32,000 nt of DNA from Candidatus Scalindua sp. (GCA_031316235.1 JALDRA010000001.1:3750001-3782000), one strand, 5' to 3'; positions 8,553 through 17,972 are shown, counted from the stretch's first letter. The notes: generated by a model from the sequence alone, not told the origin. Program-made: numbers and translations.

Positions 8553-8716
8553 ATAAGATTTTTTATATCAAACGCTTAAGTAACGAACTATACAGAAAAA
8601 AACAAAGAACAATTATAATACCTTTATCAAGTAAATCAATGTAAATTTTGACTTATACTAGTCGTGAAATGAAATTAGAAGAAATTGATAAAAAAGATGT
8701 TACGTTTGCTTTTATT

Positions 8717-8883
8717 CAGTAACGTCTGGTCAGGTTTTCGCATGCACAGCATTTTGTCATACCCGAAGGTTTTTATCGGGTATCCAGAGGTTCGTGTATC
8801 TTAGATTCCCGCTAAAAACATGCGGGTATGACTGCTTTGGGCCAATAAGAGAGATCCTGCGAAAACCTGACCGGGCACTATTG
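8717..8883 (+). mobile_element. MITE-B copy 2 (167 bp, most divergent copy)
   Basis: The ends are CAGTAACGTCTGGTCAGGTTTTCGCA ... TGCGAAAACCTGACCGGGCACTATTG. The core TTTTGTCATACCCGAAGG...ATCGGGTATCCAGAGG...AGATTCCCGCTAAAAACATGCGGGTATGAC is shared with the other copies. Flanking (C/G)TTTTATT is an imperfect duplication. Confidence 0.8.
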
Positions 8884-8900
8884 GTTTTATTGGAAAATTT

Positions 8901-10778
8901 CTACCTCTTAAGCCATTTCATAAAATTTTCTTTGAGACGATCGATTTCATTCATCTCTGATCGCCTTTTTAGGATACTGACCAGTTTTGCAGGGTAATCT
9001 GTTACGATGTTGTCCACCCCCAGATAAATGAAGTGTTCCATCGCTACTGGGGTATTTACGAGCCATACATGAACCTCCTTCTCCCTCTTCTGGGCCTTGC
9101 TTATAAAAGACGCAGTTGCTTTATTTCTGAAGATGCTGAAAAAGTCGACATTACAATCAAACACACTCCCTATCGCCTCAAAGAAGATAAAGCCTACCTT
9201 AATTCTGTTGTAAAGTTCCTTCACCTTCAACAGCTCCTGGTAATTCATTGATGTAATAATACACTGATCTGCAAAGTCTTCACTTCGAATAATACTCACT
9301 ACCCGTTCTGTGAGTTTCTGATTGTGTTTGTAAAACTTCAATTCAATATTCAGCTTGATCCTGTCTTGTGCGACCGCAATCGCCTCCTCAAGAGTTGGAA
9401 TCTTCTCACCCGCAAATTCAGGAGAGAACCAGCTGCCGGCATCGAGCTCTCTTACCTCTGCAAATGTTGTTTCCCAAATATTCAGTTTCTCTCCCGTTAC
9501 CCGCATAAGGTCAGAATCATGCAGAACAACAATGACACCATCCAACGTTTCCTGAACATCAATCTCGGCATAATCCGACTGATCAGTAATAGCCTGCCGG
9601 ATAGCACTCAATGTATTCTCAGGAGCTCTGGTAGAACTTCCACGGTGTGCCGTCACCTCTACCCTGTCCAGTTTATGGATGCCTGCTGCGAGGAAGATTC
9701 CCAGTGTCACTACTGAAATCAGAATCATTGCTGTCACCACCCAGGGAGTAACCTTTTGAAAGAGCCTGAAGTAAGAAGGGTTCTCTTCACTAATGTTACT
9801 TTCACTTTTGACGTCTTCCGGTACAATGAGTTCAGTAGTATGCAATCTGCGGTAATACAGTTGAGTCAGCACGATGCTGAAAACCGGGCTGACAAGTAAT
9901 ATGAGAAGTGTACTGAAGATAAAATCAAAGATATACAGAAATGACATTATGGGAATGGCTATCTTCGGGCTTGATCCTATAATCCCCAGAATGAAGCTGT
10001 TGATATAAGCATAGCCTGTCGTTGTTACGGTAATGAATACCCATATACTTACAATCCAGAGGATGAGGATCTTGAGTATCTGCATCCCTACTCCCTGCAC
10101 AAGTTCACCACTCCTTCGAAAGACCCCGCCCACAGGCTCATTCTCCAGTAATGTCAGGTGAAGTATGAATATCCATCGCGTCAGATATTTTAACGTGAGG
10201 GTAAGGTGACCGATAAGGCTTAATCCCCCTATGGATATGGAAATCCAGAACGCTGGTGGCCTTCGGACATAATAGTAGTTAATATCGTAGTCAGTGAGAA
10301 TCGTAAAATAGGTTATTCCCAATATCGCCAGGAAAGGGAGTGAAAAGAGGGCAAATCTCAGGAAGAGGTTTGCCCCCAGTATCAGGATAATAGGTATTTT
10401 CCGCAGAGCACTTGTCATGGATTCCACAATGCCTGCCTTCTTCTGGATTCGGGCCTTAGAGCAGATAAGGATAATCCCGGACTGTTCGGTGAATATCAGA
10501 AAAAAAGTGATTATGATCCAGACAGAAAGAGTCAGACCTCCTTTTAAACTAAAAATATAGGATATAACATATTCATTTGTTATGGAGGTTTGCCCTGATG
10601 ATTTAATTAGGAAGGTATAAATAAGAGATGAAACGGGAGAAAGCACAATTACCGACACGGTGAAAAACGCTATCTGGTACCAGATGTAGTGTGTAATTCC
10701 CCACCGAAACTCCCTGATGAGTTCTGAAAATGTGTCTGTGATTTTCAGGTAATGCCTTCCTTTACCATGATAATTCAA
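8901..10778 (-). CDS. Membrane-anchored glycerophosphodiester phosphodiesterase (GDPD domain with a multi-pass N-terminal membrane domain)
   Basis: The N-terminal ~340 aa are strongly hydrophobic. The C-terminal part has VTAHRGSSTRAPENTLSAIRQAI...AEIDVQETLDGVIVVLHDSDL, the GDPD catalytic His/Arg/Glu/Asp pattern. Confidence 0.8.
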   Translation of the reverse strand: MNYHGKGRHYLKITDTFSELIREFRWGITHYIWYQIAFFTVSVIVLSPVSSLIYTFLIKSSGQTSITNEYVISYIFSLKGGLTLSVWIIITFFLIFTEQSGIILICSKARIQKKAGIVESMTSALRKIPIILILGANLFLRFALFSLPFLAILGITYFTILTDYDINYYYVRRPPAFWISISIGGLSLIGHLTLTLKYLTRWIFILHLTLLENEPVGGVFRRSGELVQGVGMQILKILILWIVSIWVFITVTTTGYAYINSFILGIIGSSPKIAIPIMSFLYIFDFIFSTLLILLVSPVFSIVLTQLYYRRLHTTELIVPEDVKSESNISEENPSYFRLFQKVTPWVVTAMILISVVTLGIFLAAGIHKLDRVEVTAHRGSSTRAPENTLSAIRQAITDQSDYAEIDVQETLDGVIVVLHDSDLMRVTGEKLNIWETTFAEVRELDAGSWFSPEFAGEKIPTLEEAIAVAQDRIKLNIELKFYKHNQKLTERVVSIIRSEDFADQCIITSMNYQELLKVKELYNRIKVGFIFFEAIGSVFDCNVDFFSIFRNKATASFISKAQKREKEVHVWLVNTPVAMEHFIYLGVDNIVTDYPAKLVSILKRRSEMNEIDRLKENFMKWLKR

Positions 10779-10876
10779 GTATCCGTAAAAGTACCACTAT
10801 AGTCTCACCTACGTTGAGCTATCTATAATTGCTAAAAACCCTTAAAACTCACTTACAAGGTGATACCAATTTGTTA

Positions 10877-11017
10877 TATACTCATCTCATACTGGATTTC
10901 GGATTCAATCCGAGATAAAATTGAGCAAATAAAGTCCTCGGTGCCTTTTGTCCGGTGATACCATTAACCAGGCTTTGGTTTTTAGATAAATCAAAAAGCC
11001 AGATTGGTTTCAGTATA
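10877..11017 (-). mobile_element. MITE-A copy 3 (divergent, long variant)
   Basis: TATACTCATCTCATACTGGATTTCGGATTCAATCCGAGATAAAATTGAGCAAATAAAGTCCTCGGTGCCTTTTGTCCGG...GGTTTCAGTATA is collinear with the reverse complement of copies 6 and 7. Confidence 0.7.
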
Positions 11018-11204
11018 TCTTCGCCCGGCGGTTTCCCGGCTCTTTCAAAATCAACTTTCAATGAATATCAGAAAACTGAAAAACCTTACTTCTGGCCAGG
11101 CGGAATGGGGGGGAAGTTACGGGATACCCAGGGATTCCGATGGGAAGAGCCGGTTAGACAGAACCCATGGATTCAGAATTTTGTAAAACCAGATAACGGT
11201 AATC

Positions 11205-12836
11205 TTACATAAGCGCTCTTCTGGTAATAGTTTCTGCAAGATTAATCAGGTCATCAGGGTTTCCAGGAGATCTCGTTTCTACATAAAGTCTCACCTTCGG
11301 TTCTGTCCCTGATGGTCGAATCAAAAACCATGAATCATCGTCGAGAACGGCCTTGATGCCATCCACAGTTATCAGAGATTTGATTATCTTTCCTGTATTT
11401 ATTCTATTGCCTACCGCCAGGGTATTCTTGAGAACTGACAATTTTTGGGAGAGTAGTTTGCCGGCCAGGGAACGATCTACCTCAACCCCGGCTCTTTTTG
11501 GGGAAAATGCCCCGAATTCTTTCTCCAGTTCACTCAGATACTTTCCGAGATTTTTGTCCATAACCGACATCATCTCAATTGCAAGGAAAAGTCCGAACAT
11601 CGCATCCTTTTCCAGTGTATTATTATACCCGGAAATTCCATCACTCTCTTCATAGGCAACTATTGCCCGTTCTTTTGCACCCTGCAGCAGATAAGGCCTG
11701 AAATTTTTAAAACCAACAGCCGTTTCCCTGACGGGAATGCCTAATCCCCGGGCGACAGCATTACCAAAATTACTGGTAGCTACAGATTTCACGAGCACAC
11801 CTGAGATGTTTTTATAGGTATGTAAAAAGTGTAACGCCATGGCCCCGAAGTGGTTCATTGAGATGTCAGTTTCACCATCAGTAAACCGTATCCTGTCGCC
11901 ATCTGGATCCATTATTACGCCGAGTTTAAGCCTGCTGGGTCTCTTTTTCAATGCATCCATCACGATCTTCATATTCTTTTCTGAAGGTTCAGGGGGAACT
12001 CCACCGAAAAGATAATCATCATTCGTCCTGAAATACTCTATCTTGGAATTTTCTCCGAGAAGCATGTTTGGTTTTTTTCTTGTGGCACCGTGTATGTGAT
12101 CGATACAGATAAAACAATCCTTGTCCTCTATGAAACGCCTGATCCTCTTAATATCGACAAGACCTCGTTTTTTTATGAAATCCTCATAAAGGGTTGTTGC
12201 ATTTATTTTGCAGACACCTTCAGGTTTTATCTCCTCAATAACCGAATTTTGAGCCATCAGCCTGTTTGCATTTTTCTCAATTATTGTTGTAATCTCAATG
12301 TCTGCAGGACCGCCGTCAGAGGGGTTGAATTTAAAACCGGAATAATTGGATGGATTGTGGGAAGGTGTTAGATTTATTGAACAGGCGGCACGAAGCATAT
12401 CAATGGAGGCGGAGAGTTCAGGTGTAATTGACTCTCCCGCGTAGTAAACCTTGATACCCGCACTCGTGAGTAGACCCATAACAGAAGAGGCAAATTCGGG
12501 TCCTAAAAATCTATTGTCATGACCTACAATAACTCCCCGTTGTCTGATCTCCTGAAAGTTTTCAACACCAAGTGCCTTCATCACTTCCGGATTTTCACCC
12601 CTGAACATTTCAATAATAGCTGTGGTAGTTATTCGGACATTGTTAAAGGTAAAGTCTGTTCCAATCTCACCTCTCCAGCCAGAAGTACCAAAGACTATTT
12701 CAGCAGGTTTTTTGTTCTCAAAAGCAAACTTTTTAATTGCTTTAAGAAGATGGGCGTTCCTCTTAATATCAGAGCATATGATCTTCCAACATTCACCAGC
12801 ATTGTGAAAACCGTCTGTTACCATACATTTCTCCAT
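11205..12836 (-). CDS. Alpha-D-phosphohexomutase (phosphoglucomutase/phosphomannomutase family)
   Basis: It has the active-site loop TPSHNPSNYSGFKF, metal loop MDPDGDRIRF, sugar loop AYEESDGISG and phosphate loop IRPSGTEPKVRLY. The start may be the second Met (MVTDG). Confidence 0.85.
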   Translation of the reverse strand: MEKCMVTDGFHNAGECWKIICSDIKRNAHLLKAIKKFAFENKKPAEIVFGTSGWRGEIGTDFTFNNVRITTTAIIEMFRGENPEVMKALGVENFQEIRQRGVIVGHDNRFLGPEFASSVMGLLTSAGIKVYYAGESITPELSASIDMLRAACSINLTPSHNPSNYSGFKFNPSDGGPADIEITTIIEKNANRLMAQNSVIEEIKPEGVCKINATTLYEDFIKKRGLVDIKRIRRFIEDKDCFICIDHIHGATRKKPNMLLGENSKIEYFRTNDDYLFGGVPPEPSEKNMKIVMDALKKRPSRLKLGVIMDPDGDRIRFTDGETDISMNHFGAMALHFLHTYKNISGVLVKSVATSNFGNAVARGLGIPVRETAVGFKNFRPYLLQGAKERAIVAYEESDGISGYNNTLEKDAMFGLFLAIEMMSVMDKNLGKYLSELEKEFGAFSPKRAGVEVDRSLAGKLLSQKLSVLKNTLAVGNRINTGKIIKSLITVDGIKAVLDDDSWFLIRPSGTEPKVRLYVETRSPGNPDDLINLAETITRRALM

Positions 12837-12856
12837 GAAAATTGCAACAATTGTAA

Positions 12857-13149
12857 TATACTGAAACCGATCTGGTTTTAGATTTTTCTCAGCGTTGTCC
12901 GGTTAGGTTTTTGCGTAGGTGGCTTTTGTCATACCCGAACGTCTTTATCGGGTATCCAGAGACTCGTTTCATCATAGATTCCTGCTAAAAACATGCGGGA
13001 ATGACAGTTTTAGGGCAATAATTAAATACGCAAAAACCTAACCGGACAACGCTGGATTTTTCTAAAAACCAAATCTTGGTGAAGGTATACTCGCTCAATT
13101 TTATCTCGGATTTTATCCGAAAACCATAAACCATTATAAGATGAGTATA
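12857..13149 (+). mobile_element. MITE-A copy 4 (short variant), interrupted by MITE-B copy 3
   Basis: TATACTGAAACCGATCTGGTTTTAGATTTTTCT | insert | GATTTTTCTAAAAACCAAATCTTGGTGAAGGTATACTCGCTCAATTTTATCTCGGATTTTATCCGA...AAGATGAGTATA. Confidence 0.8.
12890..13054 (+). mobile_element. MITE-B copy 3 (165 bp), perfect ~27-bp terminal inverted repeats, 9-bp target-site duplication
   Basis: The ends are CAGCGTTGTCCGGTTAGGTTTTTGCGTA ... TACGCAAAAACCTAACCGGACAACGCTG. Direct GATTTTTCT lies at 12881..12889 and 13055..13063. Confidence 0.9.
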
Positions 13150-13185
13150 TCTCAAAAAAAGGATATTTCGTCTGTTTTTTTAGTT

Positions 13186-13875
13186 TTAAAAACCTTCTAT
13201 TTTGATGTCGACTGTTTCAACAATGGCATCACGGATTTTGAGATCCTCTACCTGTTTTTGCGTGAGGCCTTTTACTCCCAGAAAAAAAGCACCCTTTACC
13301 TGGGCGTTTTGCAGGTTCGCACCATCGAGGGTGGTACCGCTCATATCAGCCCCGTTCAGATTGGAGTTCGACAGATCTGCATTCATTAATACAGCACCAC
13401 TCAAGTCAGCATTTCTCAAATCAGTATAAACAAGTACCGCATCTTTCAGGTTGGCATTAACCAGGCACGCACTATCCAGATTGGCATACGTAAGGTCTGC
13501 ATGCTCGAGCCCAGCTCCGCTGAGATCTGCATTGTACATGTAGGTATGCGCCAATTTGGCGTTGTTAAGATTTGCGTTAATCAGTGTCGCACCGAATAGA
13601 TTTGCACCGTTCAGGTCAGCACCGCTCAGACTGGCCATTCTCAAGTCGGCATAGAAAAGATTGCATCCATAGCATTCATTGGTAGCTTTCAACTTCTCGA
13701 TATTCTCTTTAACTTCAGAAGATGAAGCCTCTGTAGTTAACGGGAAAAGACCTTTCAATACAAGACAAAATACCAGGAAAAACAGTAGTGTAATACGAAT
13801 CACTCGAACCCTGTTGCACTGAAGCCATCTCTTCTTATAAAAGAGAGAATGTAAAGGGGAAAAATCCAAACGCAT
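13186..13875 (-). CDS. Secreted pentapeptide-repeat protein
   Basis: It has a hydrophobic signal-like N-terminus (ITLLFFLVFCLVLKGLFPL) followed by about 30 tandem A(D/N)LxG/A-type pentapeptides (ADLSGADLNGANLFGATLINANLNNAKL...). The exact start is uncertain. Confidence 0.8.
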   Translation of the reverse strand: MRLDFSPLHSLFYKKRWLQCNRVRVIRITLLFFLVFCLVLKGLFPLTTEASSSEVKENIEKLKATNECYGCNLFYADLRMASLSGADLNGANLFGATLINANLNNAKLAHTYMYNADLSGAGLEHADLTYANLDSACLVNANLKDAVLVYTDLRNADLSGAVLMNADLSNSNLNGADMSGTTLDGANLQNAQVKGAFFLGVKGLTQKQVEDLKIRDAIVETVDIKIEGF

Positions 13876-13937
13876 GAAAGATTATTTTACATTGAGACAA
13901 CTGTATGTCCATAAAAAAATAAACGCTTGTGATGGTA

Positions 13938-14047
13938 TATACATCATATAGTAGTTTTCGGATACAATCCGAGAAACAATTGAGCGAGTATACCTTCACC
14001 AAGATTTGGTTTCCGGTAAAACCGAAAACCAAATCGGTTTTAGTATA
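13938..14047 (-). mobile_element. MITE-A copy 5 (short variant, 110 bp)
   Basis: TATACATCATATAGTAGTTTTCGGATACAATCCGAGAAACAATTGAGCGAGTATACCTTCACCAAGATTTGGTTTCCGGTAAAACCGAAAACCAAATCGGTTTTAGTATA. It carries the intact ACCTTCACC site. Confidence 0.8.
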
Positions 14048-14292
14048 AATGCCAGAATTCTGTAATCACGGGAATTTCTCTGCATTTTCTCTTGAAAAAG
14101 CACTATTTGTTGTTACTATTTATTGATTAACTTTAATAGCCATATCGGAAAAGAGCAACGTTTTACTGTCGGTCTGAATATAAATTCACCTTTCTGGGAT
14201 TGTAAGAGTTCTTTCTTGCTTGAAAAGATAAACCAGCAAGGGTTTTGCGAAACGTATACAAGTAAGCAACCATTGATTATATTGTAATACTC

Positions 14293-14928
14293 ATGCAGAA
14301 CAGTAGTGTATTAAACTCAAACGTACTGGTCTTAAACAAGTTTTTTACAGCAGTTCACATTATTAATGCAAGGAGAGCGTTTGTATTGCTGTTTAAGGAA
14401 AGTGCAGAGGTTATTTCCATAGATAATGGGCAGTACAATTCATACGATTTTTCCCGCTGGGTTGAAATTTCCGCATACAGGAAAAATTCTGAATGGTGCG
14501 AAGACGAAGAATCTGAAAGTGTAAGTACCTTTTCAATTGAGATCAGGGTACCGAGGATTATTCGACTGGTATTTTATGACAAATTTCCTAAATCATACAG
14601 TAAGTTCAATAGAAGGAATATCTTTGCCAGAGACGAAAACAGATGCCAGTATTGTGGTAAAAAGTTTCAGCTTTCAGAATTAAGCCTGGATCATATTGTG
14701 CCCAGATCGCAGGGGGGAGGTAATACGTGGACTAATGTTGTATGTGCCTGTACAGAATGTAATAAAGATAAGGGGGGCAGGAGACCGGAAGAGGCGGGTA
14801 TGAAGCTCATTCGCAAACCGGTTAAACCAAAACATTGTAATGACTTACGCTTGAGATTTAATTCCAGTAAATATAGATCCTGGAAGCAATTTCTCAATAA
14901 CGCCTACTGGACGGTTCCTTTGGAATGA
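14293..14928 (+). CDS. HNH endonuclease family protein (COG1403/McrA-like, with an N-terminal VLVLN-type domain)
   Basis: CQYCGKKFQLSELSLDHIVPRSQGGGNTWTNVVCACTECNKDKGGR is the CxxC...DH...N...CxxCN HNH zinc-finger core. Confidence 0.8.
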   Translation: MQNSSVLNSNVLVLNKFFTAVHIINARRAFVLLFKESAEVISIDNGQYNSYDFSRWVEISAYRKNSEWCEDEESESVSTFSIEIRVPRIIRLVFYDKFPKSYSKFNRRNIFARDENRCQYCGKKFQLSELSLDHIVPRSQGGGNTWTNVVCACTECNKDKGGRRPEEAGMKLIRKPVKPKHCNDLRLRFNSSKYRSWKQFLNNAYWTVPLE

Positions 14929-16028
14929 ATAGGGAATATTATGTATCAATTCTATCAGGACATGAAAAAGGCATTATCTCAATCCCCATCAGATTCCTCC
15001 TTTCATTGTGCGCCTGTCTCTATTTTACCGTACTCCAGACAAGGAGCGCTCTCTATAAATACGGTGTTGCCAGAAGGCGCTGCCTGCCCGTAAAGGTTGT
15101 CAGCATTGGAAATATTACAACAGGAGGTACTGGCAAAACTCCGCTTGTTGAATTTGTTGCACGTTATCTCTCTTCGAAGAAAAAGAAAATTGCGATATTG
15201 AGCAGGGGATACGGAGGCAGAACAGCATCGGTGTCAGTGACTGCAACATCTACCGCAGAGGTTATTGAGCGAGATAAGACAGGTGTCAATGATGAATATC
15301 TTGTCTTAAACGAAAATCTCAATGATATTCCCATTTTACTTGGCAGGGACAGGATACTTAATGGGCACAAGGCAATCAGAAATTTTGGTGCGGAGTTCAT
15401 CATACTTGATGACGGTTTTCAGCACATCAGGCTTAAACGTGACCTGGACATAGTCATTATCGATACGCTTAATCCATTTGCAGGTGAATATCTCATACCC
15501 AGGGGGATGCTTCGTGAGCCACTGAAGTGCCTTGAACGGGCAGATCTGTTTATTCTCTCTCATTGCAATCAAATCCATGAGGAGGACCTGAAAACCATCT
15601 ATGCAAAGCTCAGGAATTTTAATTCTACCATTCCCATTTGCGAGTCAACTCATCATCCCGTTCATGTGGAGAATCTGGCGGATAATACAAAAGTAAAAAC
15701 TTTGTGGCTCAGGAAGAAAAGAGTGTACGGTCTCTGTGCAATTGGTAATCCGCAATCGTTTGCCGGTACACTGAAAGAACTTGATGCAGAAGTGATACAA
15801 TTTCGAACTTTTCTTGACCATCATGCCTATACACAGGCAGAATTAGATGATATTATTGCTGAAGCAAAATCTCTGAGGGCGGATGCCATTTTAGTCACCC
15901 AGAAGGATGCCGTAAAGATAAGAGGTAAGAATATTCATGATGCCCGCATCATGTCACTTGCTATTGAGATAAGGATCACTAAGGGAGCGAAGTTTCTGGA
16001 AGAAGCATTAACAAATATGCTCAATTGA
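14925..16028 (+). CDS. lpxK: Tetraacyldisaccharide 4'-kinase (lipid A biosynthesis)
   Basis: It has the P-loop VVSIGNITTGGTGKTPLVEFVARYL, then ILSRGYGG and ILDDGFQH motifs. The ATG overlaps the HNH stop codon (ATGA). Confidence 0.85.
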   Translation: MNREYYVSILSGHEKGIISIPIRFLLSLCACLYFTVLQTRSALYKYGVARRRCLPVKVVSIGNITTGGTGKTPLVEFVARYLSSKKKKIAILSRGYGGRTASVSVTATSTAEVIERDKTGVNDEYLVLNENLNDIPILLGRDRILNGHKAIRNFGAEFIILDDGFQHIRLKRDLDIVIIDTLNPFAGEYLIPRGMLREPLKCLERADLFILSHCNQIHEEDLKTIYAKLRNFNSTIPICESTHHPVHVENLADNTKVKTLWLRKKRVYGLCAIGNPQSFAGTLKELDAEVIQFRTFLDHHAYTQAELDDIIAEAKSLRADAILVTQKDAVKIRGKNIHDARIMSLAIEIRITKGAKFLEEALTNMLN

Positions 16029-16190
16029 GAAACCCGGGAAAAACAGGCTTGGAACCAGGATTTTTATTTACATCTGTATAAAAACTCTCTACAATGTTTC
16101 AGCAGCATCGCTGAAGTTATCTGCTGCAGGAGGAACTGATTGAATGAAACTCTTTGTTATTTCAGTGATTCTTCGTGACCTTTTTAGGGA

Positions 16191-16580
16191 GTGCTCTTCC
16201 GTGAAAAATGGAGAGACATGATGATAGTTTTCAGGAGAAATGAGGATAAATTCTTTTTGGCACTTGACAGGTATCCTGCTTCATTTTTCATTGAAATATT
16301 CAAGATAGGTCCGAACGTCTTGAAGTTGAAGAAGATAGGCGAGTGGAAGTTTATATTCATCGTCATGATGAGTGTGTGTCCGGAAGAGGTGCGGGTTGAT
16401 CTGGAACTTCGAGAAAACACAATCAAGGAATTACTTCTTCTCCAGCCTGAGATTAAAACCTACATCGATGAGATGGAAAAACATAAATGGATTGAAAGCG
16501 AAAAAGCCGGATATGACCTTGGCGGAAACGTACTCATCGACTGGATTTTACATTATTTATTAAATTCCCGCATATCATAA
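16191..16580 (+). CDS. Small hypothetical protein (the real start may be the MM at 16365, giving about 71 aa)
   Basis: The C-terminal part IDEMEKHKWIESEKAGYDLGGNVLIDWILHY looks like a conserved helical motif. From memory it resembles the HxWxxSExAGxDxG motif of DUF4032-type proteins, unverified. The N-terminal 58 codons look non-coding. Confidence 0.35.
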   Translation: MLFREKWRDMMIVFRRNEDKFFLALDRYPASFFIEIFKIGPNVLKLKKIGEWKFIFIVMMSVCPEEVRVDLELRENTIKELLLLQPEIKTYIDEMEKHKWIESEKAGYDLGGNVLIDWILHYLLNSRIS

Positions 16581-16846
16581 GTATAATACCAGATTCTGCA
16601 ACTCCCCACTGAATCTTTCCTGTTTACCTCTGCCATAATTGTCAGGATCTGTCTTTCTCTCTGATCCGGAGAGATTTCCATCAGGCCCCATGGCCAGGAG
16701 CAGAGAGTGTCCCGTAAATCACTATTGTCAATCAGTCGGCAAAAAGATGTTTAACCTTATGCCGGATAATCTCAACTGAAGATTTAGCTGATACTGGTGG
16801 CTATATAGCAGGTTTCTTTGCTCGCCAGCAATTATCGAGGTAATAT

Positions 16847-16985
16847 TATACTAAAACCGATTTGGTTTCCGGTTTTACCGGAAACCAAATCTTGGTGGAG
16901 GTATCCCCGGACAAAAAACGCCGAGGACTTTACTCGCTCAATTTTATCCCGGATTGTATCCGAAATCCAGTATGAGATGAGTATA
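16847..16985 (+). mobile_element. MITE-A copy 6 (long variant, 139 bp)
   Basis: TATACTAAAACC-GATTTGGTTTCCGG-TTTTA-CCGGAAACCAAATC (perfect 14-bp hairpin, 16859..16891) ...GGTATCCCCGGACAAAAAACGCCGAGGACTTTACTCGCTCAATTTTATCCCGGATTGTATCCGAAATCCAGTATGAGATGAGTATA. Confidence 0.85.
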
Positions 16986-17972
16986 TTTTAGAACTTTTGC
17001 GAAGCAGATAAAAAGTGAGTAAAAATCTACAATCTGGTTTACAAAATAATTAAACACTTGGTAAATTGAAATAATATGCTATACTTCTTTCTCAAGACTT
17101 TCTTTTAATACCTTTCAGTACACCCCGAATCAGGTGCCGTGATTTATAGAGCGAGAAACTGGGGAATGAGATGCAATCTCTATTTCCTGGGGTCCAGGGC
17201 AGATTTTCTGTAAGAATATCGGCGAAAAGTAAAGATATTGTAAATTCTTGTTGGTATGTTAGGCACCCGCTAATCATGCACATCCATCCGTTTTGGTAAC
17301 TTTCGAATAAGTTCCAAAAATGGCGAAAAACGAAACAGAAACTGTTGCACCCATTGTAAAGAATAATTAAGATTAATGTGTTTTGCTTTCACATAGAGTG
17401 TCTGATGATATAGGTTGGGAGTACTGGGACTACAAAGGAAATTGTCCCTTTTTGTGTAAACTATTATTTAAAATCAAAAATGGTAGATAGGCAGTTTGTA
17501 ACTTGCTGTAACAGATATGGTTATACAAGAATTGAGAAAAACGTGAAATATTTATGTATACTTATTCCTCTGTTTGTCCACAAAATACCCAAAAAACTTC
17601 CCCTTCGCTTGGGAGTACCTTTTTTAGTAAGTTACGTTAAGTGTATTGTTTACCATCATATCTCTGGAAAAAAAGTGAATTTGGTGTAGTATTTGCGTCT
17701 TATCGAATAAAGTGGTAATTCATAAGCATTCTCGGCACAGACGCTTATATTGGTTTTGCTCTGTAGAAAACATTGCAAATCGGAAGGCGTATGACCGTTT
17801 TCTATAAGTCGTTATGAATTAAGAGATTACGCCACAAATTCCCTGATGCGGTGAGAGAGATACGGAAAATCTATACTCCTCAATTAACATTTTAATTTTA
17901 CAAAAGTGGCAGTAAGTATCAAAGATATTAGAAAAAGTCTCAGATCTGAAAACGTGCAGGAATTGAGGTATG

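Noticed and set aside
13835-14032. Short ORFs encoding recurring peptides such as LVFGFTGNQILVKV (also 22673..22978, 17819..18040, 4722..4952, 8794..8997, 13141..13389)
   Set aside because: The recurring peptide is an artefact of translating MITE-A/MITE-B repeat DNA. The ORFs start or end at arbitrary places in different copies and have no RBS.
16600-16730. A minus-strand 42-codon ORF (MEISPDQRERQILTIMAEVNRKDSV...) convergent with the small hypothetical gene
   Set aside because: It is too short, has no motif and overlaps the 3' end of the neighbouring ORF. It cannot be supported from sequence alone.
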